Assembly (NCBI RefSeq): GCF_000150275.1
Contig: NW_002060945.1
Span: 4,451,397 to 4,515,396 of the forward strand
Length of the DNA stretch: 64,000 nt
Direction: 5' to 3'
Origin: Trichoplax adhaerens
Lineage: Eukaryota > Animalia > Placozoa
A program made the translations under genes and the position numbers. The first letter of the stretch is position 1. Every line of letters starts with the position of its first letter. Below, piece after piece: positions 1 through 14,000 of this stretch. The notes under the pieces are model-generated. The model did no database searches. It was not told the origin of the DNA and saw only the letters and a program-made list of their open reading frames with translations.

Positions 1-694
1 GACAAATCTGACCAACAAATAAAGTTATTGGACGATCGTACGCTTGTACTATGCCATTGTATTGAGATTCTATGTTTATATGAAGAACCGCATAAAGTTT
101 TTACGAAAATTATCTCGACTAAGATGTTCCCGACAATAACTCGATGGAAAAGTCATGCCCTAACACAGCGGTGGGTCAGAAGTCAAGCTTCATCACTTAT
201 CACAGTTGTATCTATTGTATGGATATTAGGTAAGTATATCTGCTATCATTACAATGTAATAATGATTATGTACAAATGAAATTAATATTTTGAAAATGAT
301 TACTACTCTGTGTCATTTAAAGGGAAAATTGGTAAGCAGTGGATTCACGATAACGCAACCACTGTAGACAAAATTGCCGAATTGTTAATTTCTTTACTGT
401 TGGAAGTAGAATTATCCAAAGGTATAGCTCATAATGTTTATACTTTAATTAAATAGTATAACTTGAATAAGCAGCTCTCAATTGCTAACGTCAATGGACT
501 TATGCTCATCGTTAGGTACTTATTCTATTCAAGCAGCAGCCGCTAGATCTTTGTTAGAGTTGCAATTGATGAGAAAAACATCCATCGAGAGGGTAGTAAC
601 AACTTGGCTTGATCGTGTGAATAGTCATGTTGACTTTTCTTTTTCTACGCCCTTGAGTATTTCAACCTTTTGTAGTTTAGTCAATTTCAACTGA
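1..694 (+). CDS. 3' end of a multi-exon gene, probable ICE1 (little elongation complex subunit 1)-like C-terminus; 5'-truncated by the window
   Basis: Phase-consistent exons <1-229, 323-421, 516-694 (GT-AG; stop TGA 692-694) give ...LCHCIEILCLY..KIISTKMFPTITRW...VVSIVWILGKIGKQW...VDKIAELL...YSIQAAAARSLLEL...VVTTW. This resembles the recalled ICE1 C-terminal domain (IISKELWPVMDKW...IASILRLIGRLGQLG...VKNISSVI...IQLAAVYALCDL...ILEAW). Confidence 0.5.
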
Positions 695-3600
695 GCCATA
701 AGGTTAACAGCATCGATTAAAGACATAATACTTCAATCTTGTTATCCTTTTATTATAGTATTTTTAATTAGTGAAAGTGTACAAATTGTAAATGATGTAC
801 TTTAACAGGCTTATTTCTGGCATATCTACAAGATACTATCCGTAATTACTTCCAGAATGTGTGTATGCCTTAAGAGATTTTAAATCTTGCTTTTGTGTCA
901 TTTGATATTTTTATGTATAATAAACGATCGTATAACTAAACTGCTGCTTCTCTATTAAAAGTGTTGCAATGGCGTCTAAAATACGTCCTTTGTAAAAGTT
1001 GATAAAGTACAAAGTTATTTTGTAAAATTCAATCGTACCAAAGCATTACTGTATATCTTTTCTACCTTTTAAAGTGACTAGTGTGCGCAATTCAACTATT
1101 ATTGTATCACCTTAGGACAGAGTCACATTCTAAATATTACTTTTTGATATATTTATACGATGACCTTAAATCAGTCTATTAAAATAAAATGATAAATGTG
1201 TACTGTTGCAATACGGCTTACATCTAATGGAAAGATTCTAAAGTTTTTCTGTTATCAAGCGTCTGTTACAGTTCACAATAGTGTGGTTTATCGGGTGTTG
1301 TACTACGGTACAACCTAACAGTTATTATTAATAGTATAATGATGCAGCTTGATAATAGTTTAATGGCTTAACCAAAGCCAAAGTAGTGAATCTGAACATG
1401 CTAATAAATATAAATTTTTGAATGTGATTATATTTAAAAGCTAGTTAAATACTTTACTAGAGGCTTTTGCAATTTACTTGACATCATCGACATAAAATGA
1501 AATGTGTATTTCATATTAAGTGATGTTATTAAAGGGTATTTAAAGTATTTCATCGAAACAGTAGTCATTTTTGTCGCCTGCGAGTACGATATAATGATCA
1601 CTTTAACTGTCGAGTTTCTTCCATTAATGATATTATCTATGTTATAAACATCAGATATATCAGTTATACTTCAATAACTAGGAGAAAGGTAAAATTAATT
1701 TCAAACGTCACTGAACAAATATCAATTTATTATTCGTCTGCCTTAATAAATGGGCTTGTTGATTGGTAAAAATCATTACATTTGATCAAGTATAGTAAAG
1801 AAACAATTTCATAAATGAAATTGTAGGTCTACTCCTTGAGAAGTAAAATATACGAACTACAGTGCATATACAAAAGAGTACGATATTCGTCCATACAAAG
1901 GAGGAAATAAACTTATTATAATTATTATAATTATTACTATTATGACTTGTATTAATATTATTAATATTATAGTTGTTATATCATTTCATAAGAACATTTT
2001 AAGGCTTAAATGAGGCTCACATAGCAATAGAGAACCATAGTGTATTGTAGGAAAGAGAAAATACGCCAAAATAGATGATAGCACTGTAGTATGGGCTCGA
2101 AAATTTATCCTAAAATATTCAGTAATCATATAGTTGTAAACACGAGTTCAAGAGTAATTATTCCTGGCCAAAACTTTTTGCTAACATTACAATATTTAAT
2201 GGCTTAAGTAACATCATATACAGCTAAAATGGAATACAATAAATAACCACAATATCAAATTTTGAAAAGTTATTGGCGTTAATGACAGATATTATATCAA
2301 TAATTACAAAAATGTTTCATTTCTAAGACATTGCATTGCAAACGAGAACCATTTATATAACATACAGGGATGTTACTTTTAACTCATGTAAAATTACATG
2401 TTAAATTGATTATTGAGCTAAAATGTATTATATGAGTGAAAAGCAGAGTATTCAACATTGCAAATTAATTGCGACAACATCCTTTTATTATAGTACCTAT
2501 AATGATATATTAGTATAAAAAGGGTTTGATATAGCAATAGTAATTCATACCATCCCATCACGCAAAGTTACTGTACAAGTTAATAATTACTAAAATGTCA
2601 ATTTATTTTGATCTCGTATGTTTCACACCATACTTTCAAATTACTGCAATATATCAAATATTATTAATAGTAAATGGGTAATAATTGAAGTTCATGATCA
2701 TGTACTTATGATCATGTCATTATTCTTTTCCAATGATGCAGGTTCATGCCTTGCATTATAATCATCATTTTGGTTTATATACAAGAAATTGATTAAATAA
2801 TCACGTACAAAAATATGAACCAGATGCGATGAGATTTCACCAATCTTCGCTGCAGAATTTCATCCCATTTACTATTCAATTAAAAAATGACAAAAAAATT
2901 ATAAATAATTACGCATTATATCAAAGCATCCTATGAGAAATTAAGAGTTATAAAAATAGATTATGAATGTAAAAATGTAAGGGTTAGGACAAGGGATGAA
3001 ATGAGATTATATTTTCAAGGTCAAGTCTATTTGGAATATTAGTTGAATAGTAACGTTTTTCTGTTATGGAGACCAAAGATGTCAAGGTCGCTATTTCTTA
3101 GTTGGGCCCTTTTGGGGCGTGTACAATATGTATAGTAATAAGCGTTTAATGAAAAGAGAAAACTTTTTTTCTTGTTAACAAAATTAGTTAGGGTGAATAT
3201 GTTGATGAACGTTAAAATTGCTATTGAATTAAATATTGTTGATTATAAAACATCAACATTTATCTTTATTCTTTCAAACGTTAATAATTAATGGGTATGA
3301 AACTATTCTTGTTCAACAACATCTTTACAATAGGAAATTAAAACCATCAGCGCTAATTTATATCTATAGTAGCAAATAGAAGCTAAAACTCACTTAATCA
3401 TTACTTCTTAATCATCAATCGCTTGTTAGTATAATACTTATCCATAACTATAATTAGTTTTCGTTCTGTTTAATTTTTGAATAATTAGTCTGAAGCATTG
3501 GAATATTACTAACTCAACTTTGTCACCTCATTTTACGAGATGATACATTATAGAAAAGTTTATTCAAAAAGAGAACATTTATATCTGTCATTTCATAGTA

Positions 3601-6001
3601 ATTCCTAATAAGTGATCATAATCGTAAGACGAATTAAACTTAGATTCCTCTATCAAATCATGATAATTGATTCATTAGCTAATTTAATGAATTGTCTTAT
3701 AAATTGGATTCACTTAGATTTGATTTTTTCTTATTTTTAGTTTTACTTTCATTTTACTGGCGTTACCAGATCTTTATGCTATGCTATAATTCTATTATAG
3801 ATACTAGTATATTAGGTAAAGTCACAAATTATAAAAGTTAGGTTAGATTAATATACCACTTCCTTTACTACTTTAAAGACATTACAATCTATAGCTCTCT
3901 ATTCGCATAAACCATCTGATTGGGCAGTTAGATGTTTATTATTTTATATGATCGAAGATCGATTCAATTTTAAGAATCGATATCTAGTGAAACTATTTTT
4001 AGCCTTTCGAAAATGCTACGTGACTTGATAGCGCAGTGCAAGGATAATTAATTAATTTGTAGACTTCAAAACGACAAAACTTATTTTCTATCATTAAAAC
4101 AATATAAATCAACTAATATTTTAAGCCTTACGTGAGTCTAGAGTACATTGACTACAATAACTTTATCTTTGCAGGATACTGTACGAGCAAGGTTACCCCT
4201 AGGTTGTTCCCTAATAATTGACGATGTAAAATGGCACGCATATAGTCAACGCTTGAACTGCGAAGGTCTTCAGCAATGTGTGAATGGGCTTTACAACATA
4301 GTATTAATTTACTAGGTTAAATTAATAACGTTCTATTACTCCCTCACTCTTTTATGAATTTGTTATTTAGTTTCATATCTATTTTGAAGGTAAATAATCA
4401 TTTCCTATCAAGATTAACTAAAAAGAAGTACATGGTATATTGAAAGGAGTTGAAAAATTAAATAAATAAAGTTCCCTTAGTTATTATATTACATGCCATT
4501 ATATCGAAATAATTTTTTCAGTGTCCAGAATGCGAGAAATCGGATGGAAAACTCTAGCTGCAGTTACCGTATAAATCATTATCATGTCCCAATTACGTTA
4601 ATGTAAATTAGTAACGACATAGTCAAAATTCTCTTTAGTACTAGAAATATGGTCTTCAACTACCATGTATCTATTTGCATTTGAAGTTTTTTGGAGTCTG
4701 TTAATTCACGCTAGATAAATTTCAATCGTTCTAACGGTTGAGTACATATTATACATTAAAAAGTATTACATGTTAACTTAAAACCTGATAATTTATGTAC
4801 AGTTGACTGGCTACATTTCTACTAATCGTTAGGGATCGTCCGTCTATTGTTCAATTAATCTTTTCATTTCTATTTCTATCTCTACATTAGCATGAAGTAA
4901 AAGGGCGGCGGGCCGCTTTTACTTTTATTGACTTAACCAAGGTAATATTCATCGATCATGATTGTTTCAAGTATCTTATAGTAAATGATTTATTTTCTAT
5001 CATGATTGAGTTTGGAATGAAAATATTGACATCAACATGATGTTTTACTTTTTGAATAGTCCCTCATGACCATGAAGTAGAACATAAATTTATGGAATAA
5101 TTAAGTTCATCTGTTTAGTAATTTGATATCTTATTACGTTAACTCAATATCATAATGTTGCAATTTACAGCGTTACTATCAAAATTGACGAAAAGATTTC
5201 AACTTTTTCCTATTGTCGAATGATTTTAGTCAGTTCCGCTTTGTTGACTACATAAGCGCAATCCTACACTACATTATTTTACAAGAAAAATTGTCGTCTT
5301 CGAATACTAAATGAGTCACGATGAGTGATTCAATTATCCCAAGTCATTTTATGTTCTACTGTATGTTGGGCATAGCTAGAGATAAGATTAGATCTTGAAA
5401 AAAAATTACGCCATTGTTTGAGAATATCATGGTCAAATAGACTAAGTCTTATGATACAAATCATACAGAATTTGGTTGTATTTTAAAGTAATGCCTACTG
5501 GATGATAGTTTAATGAAAGAGCTTTTAAAAAGTGGATAGTACACTGGTCCTTACAGTGCAAACAAGATAAGTTTGGGAGGGGGCACAATTATTATACTGT
5601 GTTCAAATTTCATGCAATGTTGTAAGGTATGACGTCGACATAAGCAAAAAATGAGATTTACTTTATACCCATCTTAATTGGATGATAAATAGACTGTATG
5701 TAGGTTATAGAGAAAATCATAGTAAATGAATCTTTAGTTCGGATATAAAAATAAAATTCCAACAGGCCGTTAATTAGTGCAAATAAAACATACTCTTTTC
5801 CTTTTTATAATAATATAATAGTACTATAGATTTAAAGAGGCTATTGTAAGTTAGCAATTACTCACGAGGCTGATTTTAGGATTTTTTTACGACAGGTGTA
5901 AGGGGAAAAAGAAATTACCAAAAATTAAAATTAAAATAATTACTAGTTGTAATCATTAGGAGGACCTAATTGGTATTGACAATCAATTATTGATAACTTC
6001 A

Positions 6002-7648
6002 TTACTCATCTACTGTACAATTTGGTGAACTTACGATTTTTCTGGCTTGTGATGCTGTAACCGAATCTTGATCGCCTTCTCCACGGTTAACTGTAAGGCG
6101 ACGATAGCATAATTTCCATGCAGTTACTGCTCGTTGCAAGCCGATCCAATAACTGCTAGCAATACCAAATGAGAATAAGGCGATATATTTGACAATAAAT
6201 ATTGCTAAATTAGGGGCATTAGCTGGTATACTAGTTGACGAACACGACATTGAGTATCGTCTACAATTTTGTTGTTGCCAATATGCTGTCCAACTGTTTT
6301 GATTACTAGCTTCATAGAGGTAGCAGGATATTACAATAATACCCGGGACAACATATAAGAAGGCAAAGATGCCAATTTTCTTTAACAGTTTCTCAAATTC
6401 GGCTGTTCCATCGCCTTGACGATGATCAGTTAGCATTTCACGGCGTATACGATAAAACGATATCAAGGTAGCAATTGAAAAGCCAAGCCCAATGAGTAGA
6501 AAGATACTTAACGGGGCAATTACAAAGCCATACAAATAATTACTGCGTGTATTAACAAAACAGATACCGCTAAGGACATCGCCTTCAATTTTACCCAAGG
6601 CCAAGACTACAATTGTCAATATCGCTGGTATTAACCACGCGGCTAAATGAAAGTAATGCGAGACAGCGTTAATGCCTTCTTCAACCCATTTTTTACCAGC
6701 AGCTAGATACCAACCGAGAGAGAAGACTACCCACCATACGCTGGAGGCAATAGTAAAGAAGTAATTGATTAGGAATAATACCGTACAACCTTCTTTACCC
6801 GAGCCTTGATGAACTGTTGAGTTAACCGATTGTGTTGATGGATTGCAAGCAATATTTCTTTGCGCCATAAATCCAACGATATAGGTTAATGATAAGACAC
6901 AGTAACAAAAGACTAAGAATATTACTGAACGCTCAGGATATTCATAGCCTTGACGATCGATTAAAAATGTAATAAAGATCAACAGTGTGCAACAGAAAGC
7001 AAGAATAGCCACAATACCAACTACTGATGATGCTAGTTGGATTTGATTACTATTAAAGTAGAAGTCATGGCAAGGTTTTGCACATCCTGGGATATTTAAA
7101 AATGTATATTCCGATTTTTGATTTTGTAGAATACCACAAGCACGAGTAGACGGTGATGTAGAAGTGTTGACGCTAGGTGGTCTACTGGATACACTTTGGA
7201 CAATTGTAAAATTTTCATTAATGCACACTAATGCATTAACAGGGGGAAAATTTTCACATTTAAAGCTATCGGACCATGTTAAGCCAAAGTTACTATTGGA
7301 CAGAAATTTCTTGCAATCATCTCGAGCTCGTATACATAACGGTCGACACGGTGGTATTGGTTTGGTTTGCGATGTTGGCGATATACACTTAGGCATGTAT
7401 AACGAGCATAAGAACTGGCGTATAACCGGTGAACAGTTATTGACAATCATTGGTCTATAAACATCCATTTCAGTCTGACTGATACTTTGATCTTTATGAT
7501 TGAAATAATTGGGGAAAAAGGTTTGGTTGTATTGCAATCCAGAGCACAAATTACTTTGTAAAATTTGACAATTTCCTTTCACAGTTAGGCACCAAGTAAG
7601 TAGGTGGAATAAACCTACTACTAGATAATTGCTTGAGTTCAATTTCAT
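6002..7648 (-). CDS. FZD: Frizzled receptor, FZD1/2/7-like, single coding exon
   Basis: ATG at 7648 (MKLNSSNYL..., signal peptide); the ORF track's longer start is a TTG. 10-Cys CRD, 7 TM helices, FLID..YPER, QGSGKEGCTVLF, ASSVWW, YFHLAAW and GDVLSGICFV, closest to the recalled FZD1/2/7 motifs QGTKKEGCT and GDVLSGVCFV. Confidence 0.97.
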   Translation of the reverse strand: MKLNSSNYLVVGLFHLLTWCLTVKGNCQILQSNLCSGLQYNQTFFPNYFNHKDQSISQTEMDVYRPMIVNNCSPVIRQFLCSLYMPKCISPTSQTKPIPPCRPLCIRARDDCKKFLSNSNFGLTWSDSFKCENFPPVNALVCINENFTIVQSVSSRPPSVNTSTSPSTRACGILQNQKSEYTFLNIPGCAKPCHDFYFNSNQIQLASSVVGIVAILAFCCTLLIFITFLIDRQGYEYPERSVIFLVFCYCVLSLTYIVGFMAQRNIACNPSTQSVNSTVHQGSGKEGCTVLFLINYFFTIASSVWWVVFSLGWYLAAGKKWVEEGINAVSHYFHLAAWLIPAILTIVVLALGKIEGDVLSGICFVNTRSNYLYGFVIAPLSIFLLIGLGFSIATLISFYRIRREMLTDHRQGDGTAEFEKLLKKIGIFAFLYVVPGIIVISCYLYEASNQNSWTAYWQQQNCRRYSMSCSSTSIPANAPNLAIFIVKYIALFSFGIASSYWIGLQRAVTAWKLCYRRLTVNRGEGDQDSVTASQARKIVSSPNCTVDE

Positions 7649-7758
7649 CTTGACTACTTTGAATGCAAATAGAATTGAGGATTTTAAATAGCTTGCCAAT
7701 AAGAATCAGGTACAGATGGAATCTGTTCGACGTTTGGATCGTGTTAGCTTGGCAGAAA

Positions 7759-7790
7759 TACACACACACACACACACACTACGCGCGCGC
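7759..7790. repeat. (CA)~10 microsatellite followed by a short (CG)n tract just upstream of the Frizzled start
   Basis: tacacacacacacacacacactacgcgcgcgc seen directly. Confidence 0.9.
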
Positions 7791-9439
7791 CCCCCAAAAG
7801 TAAAACTAAAGTGGATAAATTCAACGTTGGAACATCAACGGAATCAACTGTGTCAAATAAGCACTGCAATTTCAACTGGATCGTCGTTGAAATCTGTCGT
7901 CTCTTCTTGTATTTGTTGATTTTTAGATTGAACAGTCAACATGTAAATTAAACAACGCCTTTTGCATGCAATCAGTTGTGACACGATGCTATCTTCAGTT
8001 AGGATATTCTTGTTTGATTCTCTCTATCTATCATGATGTATGGGGAAAAAAAAAAAAGAATAATTAGCAATCAATCACGCCTTGTAGTGTAAAAAAAAGT
8101 TTGCTTGTTATCATCCATTGAAAGTGTCTCTTGTCTAATCAATTAACATTGTATGTAATCGGACGTTGCGGTAGTTAAGTGTATACTGACTACCATTGGA
8201 CTACTTGAGGCGAGAGTGCACTCTAGTCTGCTACCCTGACGTAACTACTGGATCGATTTGAACTGATATATTGGGTTGTATAATATTATGATTATTAAAT
8301 AAAACGGATAGTTTGAGTTGTAATAACAATATAATAACAAACTTCTCCTCGCTCCCAGTGAGGTAGGGAGAAAAAATGAAAAATCATGAATATACGTTCA
8401 GTACTGTGGCTTGTATAAAGAAATACGATCGCTTTGGTGGCATTTTGTTGAAAAGTATTGAATAAAATCAAGACTACCAAGTGGTTGATAGACTTGCGAT
8501 GATTTCGTCGACGACGCGATGTTACAAAGAGTACAGTATAGGAAAGAGGGTATTGGTGTAGTTTTTGTTGGAGGTATTTTTGGGGGGGGGGGGGAATGTC
8601 TAGCATTGGAGATCATTACTGTTCATGATTGAAACATCATGCATGCCATCAAAATGGAGTGTTTGACGGTTACTATCGCTATCAACAACTAGAAAATTGG
8701 CCTTCAATAACGGTAAAGATAAAGTTGCGATTAGATAAAAAAAAAATAATAATGTTATCCAATCGGATCAATGTCAGTAAAACAATAAGTTGATCATGGC
8801 GTTCATCTGTACTTACTTGATATCGAGTACATGTCAATGGTTGTTGTATCGTTGAAAAAGATACCTTGAAGGATAGTTTTACTCGATCGTTGGATGGAAT
8901 AGTTAAGACGTTGGATCCACATAGGAAAATAGCTTTCTTGAGATGGCTTGTTCAATAGGGTTTTGACGTTATTGCATTCTATTGCAGCCTTTTTCTACTC
9001 GACGTCTTCAATACTCTCTATTATTTTACTCGACTTGTCCTACTGTATGCGATCTCATGATGGCCCACACTACTGGTCGTAACTTGTCAATGGCCCCCTC
9101 AAATCACCTAAAGGCATCCAATGGATGTTTGTTATGTAAACTGCAATGACTAGCCACCACTAGATTGCGTTACTGTCGTATAGTCTTGACAAACAAAAGA
9201 AGAAGAATGATGCGCAATAGAATTGGGAAATTTCTCACAAATCTTTGTCTATCTATTCTCTACTAGCCAATTAGAATGGTCGCTGCATACAGTTCACGGC
9301 ATATGATTGACGTATCGGTCTAGTCTGGCGCCGTCGACTGCACCACTTTGTCTTGTAAATGACTCACGGAGAGGTACGATCGCCTCAACTTGAGTTGATA
9401 AGCATAGCGATTGAAACAAAAAGGGATGATGTAGCATAC

Positions 9440-11000
9440 CTACAGTGCTGTAGTGTGTGTACACTGTACAGTATACTGTACAGTGTACAGTACGGTAGAG
9501 TGCAGAAGGTAAAGGGCTGAAGGTACTGTATACAGTACTGTACAGTTCTGTACAGTACACTGAGTACAGGAGTACAGTACTTTATTGCCTCGTTGTTCTG
9601 TACAGTACTGTACTGTACTGAAAGTATGTACTGTAGCGAGTTGGATTGCTCTGTACTGTACTGTACTGTACAGTGTACAGTATATTGATATACTGTACTA
9701 TACCAATAATGACAATACAGTATCAGATGTGTAAAACAGATGTACATAAAATCGTCAATCTTGAGGATAATATATTACAATACTGTAAGCTGCAACTGTG
9801 ACATCGATTTTGCAGCAAACGAAAGCCCCTCAAAAATAAAGAATACTGTAGGTAAACTAGTGCTGTACAGAATTGACGATACTGTATCAAATGTGCAAAA
9901 TAGATATGCATCCATCCTAAAATCGTCAATGTAGAGGATAATACAGTATATTAATATAATGTACGCTGCAACTGTGACATCTATTTTGAACCAAACTAAA
10001 AATGTACAGCACAGACTGTACAGTATTGTACCCTGCCACTCTGCCGTTGTACTGTACACTGTACAGTACTATATGACAAAAGGAAGCAAGGTGATAGCTA
10101 TATAGATATATAGCCATCTCAGCGATGTTTAGTAACTTTGTAGAACTTAGCGTACGATATAACGGTAGATATTCCCTTTTAATGGGGCATACCAATTGAG
10201 TAAAAAAAAATAGGCAAAGAATATTAGGAACAGCTTCAAATGTACTATGCCGTTAGATTACACCCTAATCAATAATTACAGTTAATAAACTCCAATTTTC
10301 GAAAAAATTGACATTGCTTCCTTTTGTCATAAAACGGCAGCAGTAGTGACTCTACTCTACAGTACTGTACTGCAGATGACAGTATGGACTGCAGAGTACA
10401 GTATGAGTGTACTGTACAATACAGTACATCAAGTACGCGTAAATAATAAACACTGTGACAAAATTGAGCTGACTCCATTAAGGTTAACTTAAAGAAACAT
10501 TTCTCACTTTGAATGCTTCTTCGTATGAAAAATAATCAATAGATAGATCAATTAATCAATAAGTCTCCTCCATACTTGTCCTAGTTCAAATAGCTGATTC
10601 TATTATTTTAAGAATAGTCAATAGTTTCCATACCCTAAATTATGATGCAATTTTAATTTGTTTAATCCCAATTTTTTCCCCCATTGCTGAAGATATTAGC
10701 ACTACTTCAACTCTGTAGTCCCATATTGAACTGTAATTAAAATATGGGAATGAAAATCTCGATCACTTTTGATTTTCCAAAATTGAATATTGTATGGATG
10801 TATTATCCATCCATTCAAAAGAAAATAAAAATATTTCAATTCCTTCTTCCATGTTATTGATATTAGTAAAACAGATTCCCCTTGCTGCAGACTGGAGTGC
10901 TAAAAGACCGTACGCACAGACAGTACAGCAATTGTACTGTACACTCAACTGTATGAGTCATGATGTCAAGATCGAAACTACTGTACTGTACAGTACTGCA
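9440..11000. repeat. Patchy TACAG/TACTG pentamer low-complexity arrays in the Frizzled 5' flank
   Basis: Dense at ~9440-9720, 10000-10075, 10350-10440 and 10920-11000; these generate spurious YST/VQY/CTV-rich ORFs. Confidence 0.85.
9722..10000. repeat. Diverged direct duplication with ~165-bp period
   Basis: atcagatgtgtaaaa..aaaatcgtcaat..gaggataata..gctgcaactgtgacatc occurs at ~9722-9823 and again at ~9886-10000. Confidence 0.8.
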
Positions 11001-14000
11001 GTTTAAACTGGAAGCCAACTGCAGAACGATAGTATAAAACTTGGGAAAGCTGAACTGCAGCATCATGATGGAGGTGGCAAATGAAATCGTCGTTTCAAGT
11101 TGTTGAGAGCCAGTGAGTTCAAGAGAACGGCGTAACTACTTTCCGTGCACCAATTTCATTAATCGAAAGCTGACAGTAAGTAGAAATAGGAAGAATGTAC
11201 CGAGAATGACGTACTGTACTGATATCTTGCTATGATAAGATGCGAGTATTCTATCCTTGAGCTTACAGTAAAATAAGCGACCAAGTGGAAAGGGCAGTCT
11301 TGGAGAAAAGAGACCGTTCAAAAATGAATTTTACCTACTGCCTGCAGTAATGATAGCGGTATACCAACAGGAGTGGCTTGATTAAGCAATGGTAGTGGGG
11401 GTAGATGAGTTTATCAGTAGAAATACTCGCATGCTAAATAAGTTGCTTTAAGTTTTTTTTGTATTAACTTCCTTTGTTCATCTTCTTGTTTGTTATTCCT
11501 GTCGTATGTTATTGTTCGTTGGGCTTTCATTTTTCTATTCGTTCTTATACCAATAACTTTACCTTCTGCACTGTAAACTTTTCCAAATAATGTTCATCAA
11601 CTTCTCAAAATTGCGTCGCTCAATTCTATTTTGCTATACTTTTTTGGTAGTCTTGAATTCATATACTGTACAGTATACTGTATATATATTTCTCGTACAG
11701 ATGCGTACTGTATGTAATGTAGATTAGAGTGTTCGTTATCATTTGAAATATTTCTTAGCCACATGAAATTATTTGCATGAATTTTTTAAACCAGAGTAGA
11801 CGATGGAGAAAATTTTTTAATTTAGATCAGCGTATTGCACTCGAGCTACAGCTTTGCCATGGGTTCAGTATGTGGAATGATCGCTTTCGATTTGTTTCAT
11901 TCCTGCATTCCTCAAGGATAACAGTTTTGATCAAGAAGTAGCAGCCTTATTGATTACTACTTAATTCAACCATCTAATTATACCGTTGCAGTATTTTTAT
12001 TCTGTTCTTACTCCATGCTCACTGAAAGTAGGAGTTCCTATTTTCCATCTGCTCTATGTAGCTTACGGTTGATGGAACAGGTGACGACGTAAAAGCACTG
12101 TAGAACGAATACAGTGCAGCACAAGGAGTAAATTCTAGAATAAAATTTACCAATCGATAACACGAGTTCACTACTGTGATTCATTGGTAGCATAGTGGTC
12201 TACCGATCGGTGTTTGCTATACTGTAACAAGAAAGTAAGATAGCACGTAGCACTAAACCGCAGTGGACACAGGACAACTACCTACTGTGGCGAGAATTCC
12301 CTACCCTTAAGTCCATTTATTGCTGCGTTAGTAGGAATGTACCGCAGACTGCGGTCTTGAAGAGTTGTCATTTAGCAATGAATTAATTAATTTATTTATT
12401 TATCGCATTAACTCGATTTAAACATCTTAAGCGTGATTGCATGAGCATCAATTCAATAGCTCACACGTTTAAGTCGCTAGCTTTTATGATGCGGTGTAAT
12501 GTATTACGATAACTAAATTTGAAAGTTAAAAACTGCGCTCATATTTCGGATCTAATACCGTTTATGGTAGTCATTTAGCCACAGAATTCACAAATTACTA
12601 AAAGCTTTGAATTCATTGAAGATTCTCGCGAGAGCATTTTAAAGGTATACTTAATATACTGTACACTGTGCCTTGTACATGATTTAATACGATATACTGT
12701 ATCTAGTTATTAGTTTTCATTAAACCGACGTACAGTAGTAAAGCACTGGCATTATTTTATTAGTTTTTACTGTCTTTATTATAATATTATTATTATTGTT
12801 ACCTTATTATTTCTGTAAGTAATTATTAATTAGAATATTGTATATTGTTGTTAATAGTAAGGTTAATACGGTATATTGATCCAGCAAATGGGGGTAAAAA
12901 AAAACCTTTCTACCTTTAGAAATCTACCTTGCACTACAGTAGTCACGACTGATGGAGAAAATAAATAAATTGGGTGTGCTCATTTTTTCTATCCAGTCCG
13001 CTCATATTGTAACATGGCAATAAAATGGATGGGGCGATTGCGATACTTACATGCATACGTATTAGAAAGACTACATATTTTATTCTTACTAAAAGCCGAC
13101 AGAACTCTACCACTTTTAGAGTACTGTATCGCACTCTATTATACAGTAATTAGCTAATGTCGGTGTCCTATATCAGCATAAGTTAAACTCGAAATTTTAT
13201 TGATTTACCCGTATGTGGTATTTGGTTGATAAAATTGTTAATGCAGTACAATGCTCTGATATAAATTGCATCCAACTCTACATCAGTACTGTATAGAATC
13301 AACACGACTTTGTAACTTATCTTGGAATCGCAACTTATATAAAGTAAACTTTTCGGCTGATTTTTGTAGGAATACTTTAGTAGAGTACTTGAAATGTTTT
13401 ATTTATTATAATTATTATTTCTTACATTACTGCATAAGGGGAAGGAAATGAAAAGAAATAATTATGTGCTATGTCCTATATGCTTCTAATTACATTATAT
13501 AATTGACGTCCCTAAAAAGTTAGTGATAAATGACCGCTAGTAAATTATAACTTAACTCTTATAGTACTACTCAGTTGAATGTAGATTTTAATTTTTACCC
13601 AAATTTTTGTACTCTCTAGCTATGCCATAAAGGTACGTGAAATCTATTTTGTACCTATATGCTATACTTCTAGTCAAGATTTTATCCTCTTTTTTTTTTT
13701 TTTGTCATCGATCACCTCGAATCTTCTAGTAATTGCAATAGCAGTGGGAAGATAGGATACCAGATTGATAATTTAAAAAAAAAATAGTATCAAGATAATA
13801 CTAGCCCTTAGAACTTATAGGTAAAGTAGAAAGCACTCAAGAATCGAGCCATCTTGACCGATAAGTGTGTACTTGCTCACTAGATTGATGATGAAACGTG
13901 GATTTTAAAGCGCTTACAGTAGTGGGATAATAAAAATAAATAATAAAATAGCGAGCATATCAATGCTATCAAACGCGTAGCCGACGAGATTCCTAACCAA

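Noticed and set aside
4897-4922. GC-rich hairpin followed by Ts (gtaaaagggcggcgggccgcttttac), resembling an intrinsic terminator
   Set aside because: Short, imperfect and in eukaryotic intergenic DNA; compatible with chance.
7649-7699. N-terminal extension of Frizzled shown in the ORF track
   Set aside because: It starts at TTG; the ATG at 7648 gives a normal signal peptide.
9294-10478. Overlapping 64-120 aa ORFs rich in Y/C/T/V/S/Q
   Set aside because: They are translations of TACAG/TACTG repeats, which are poor in stop codons; no domain or splice support.
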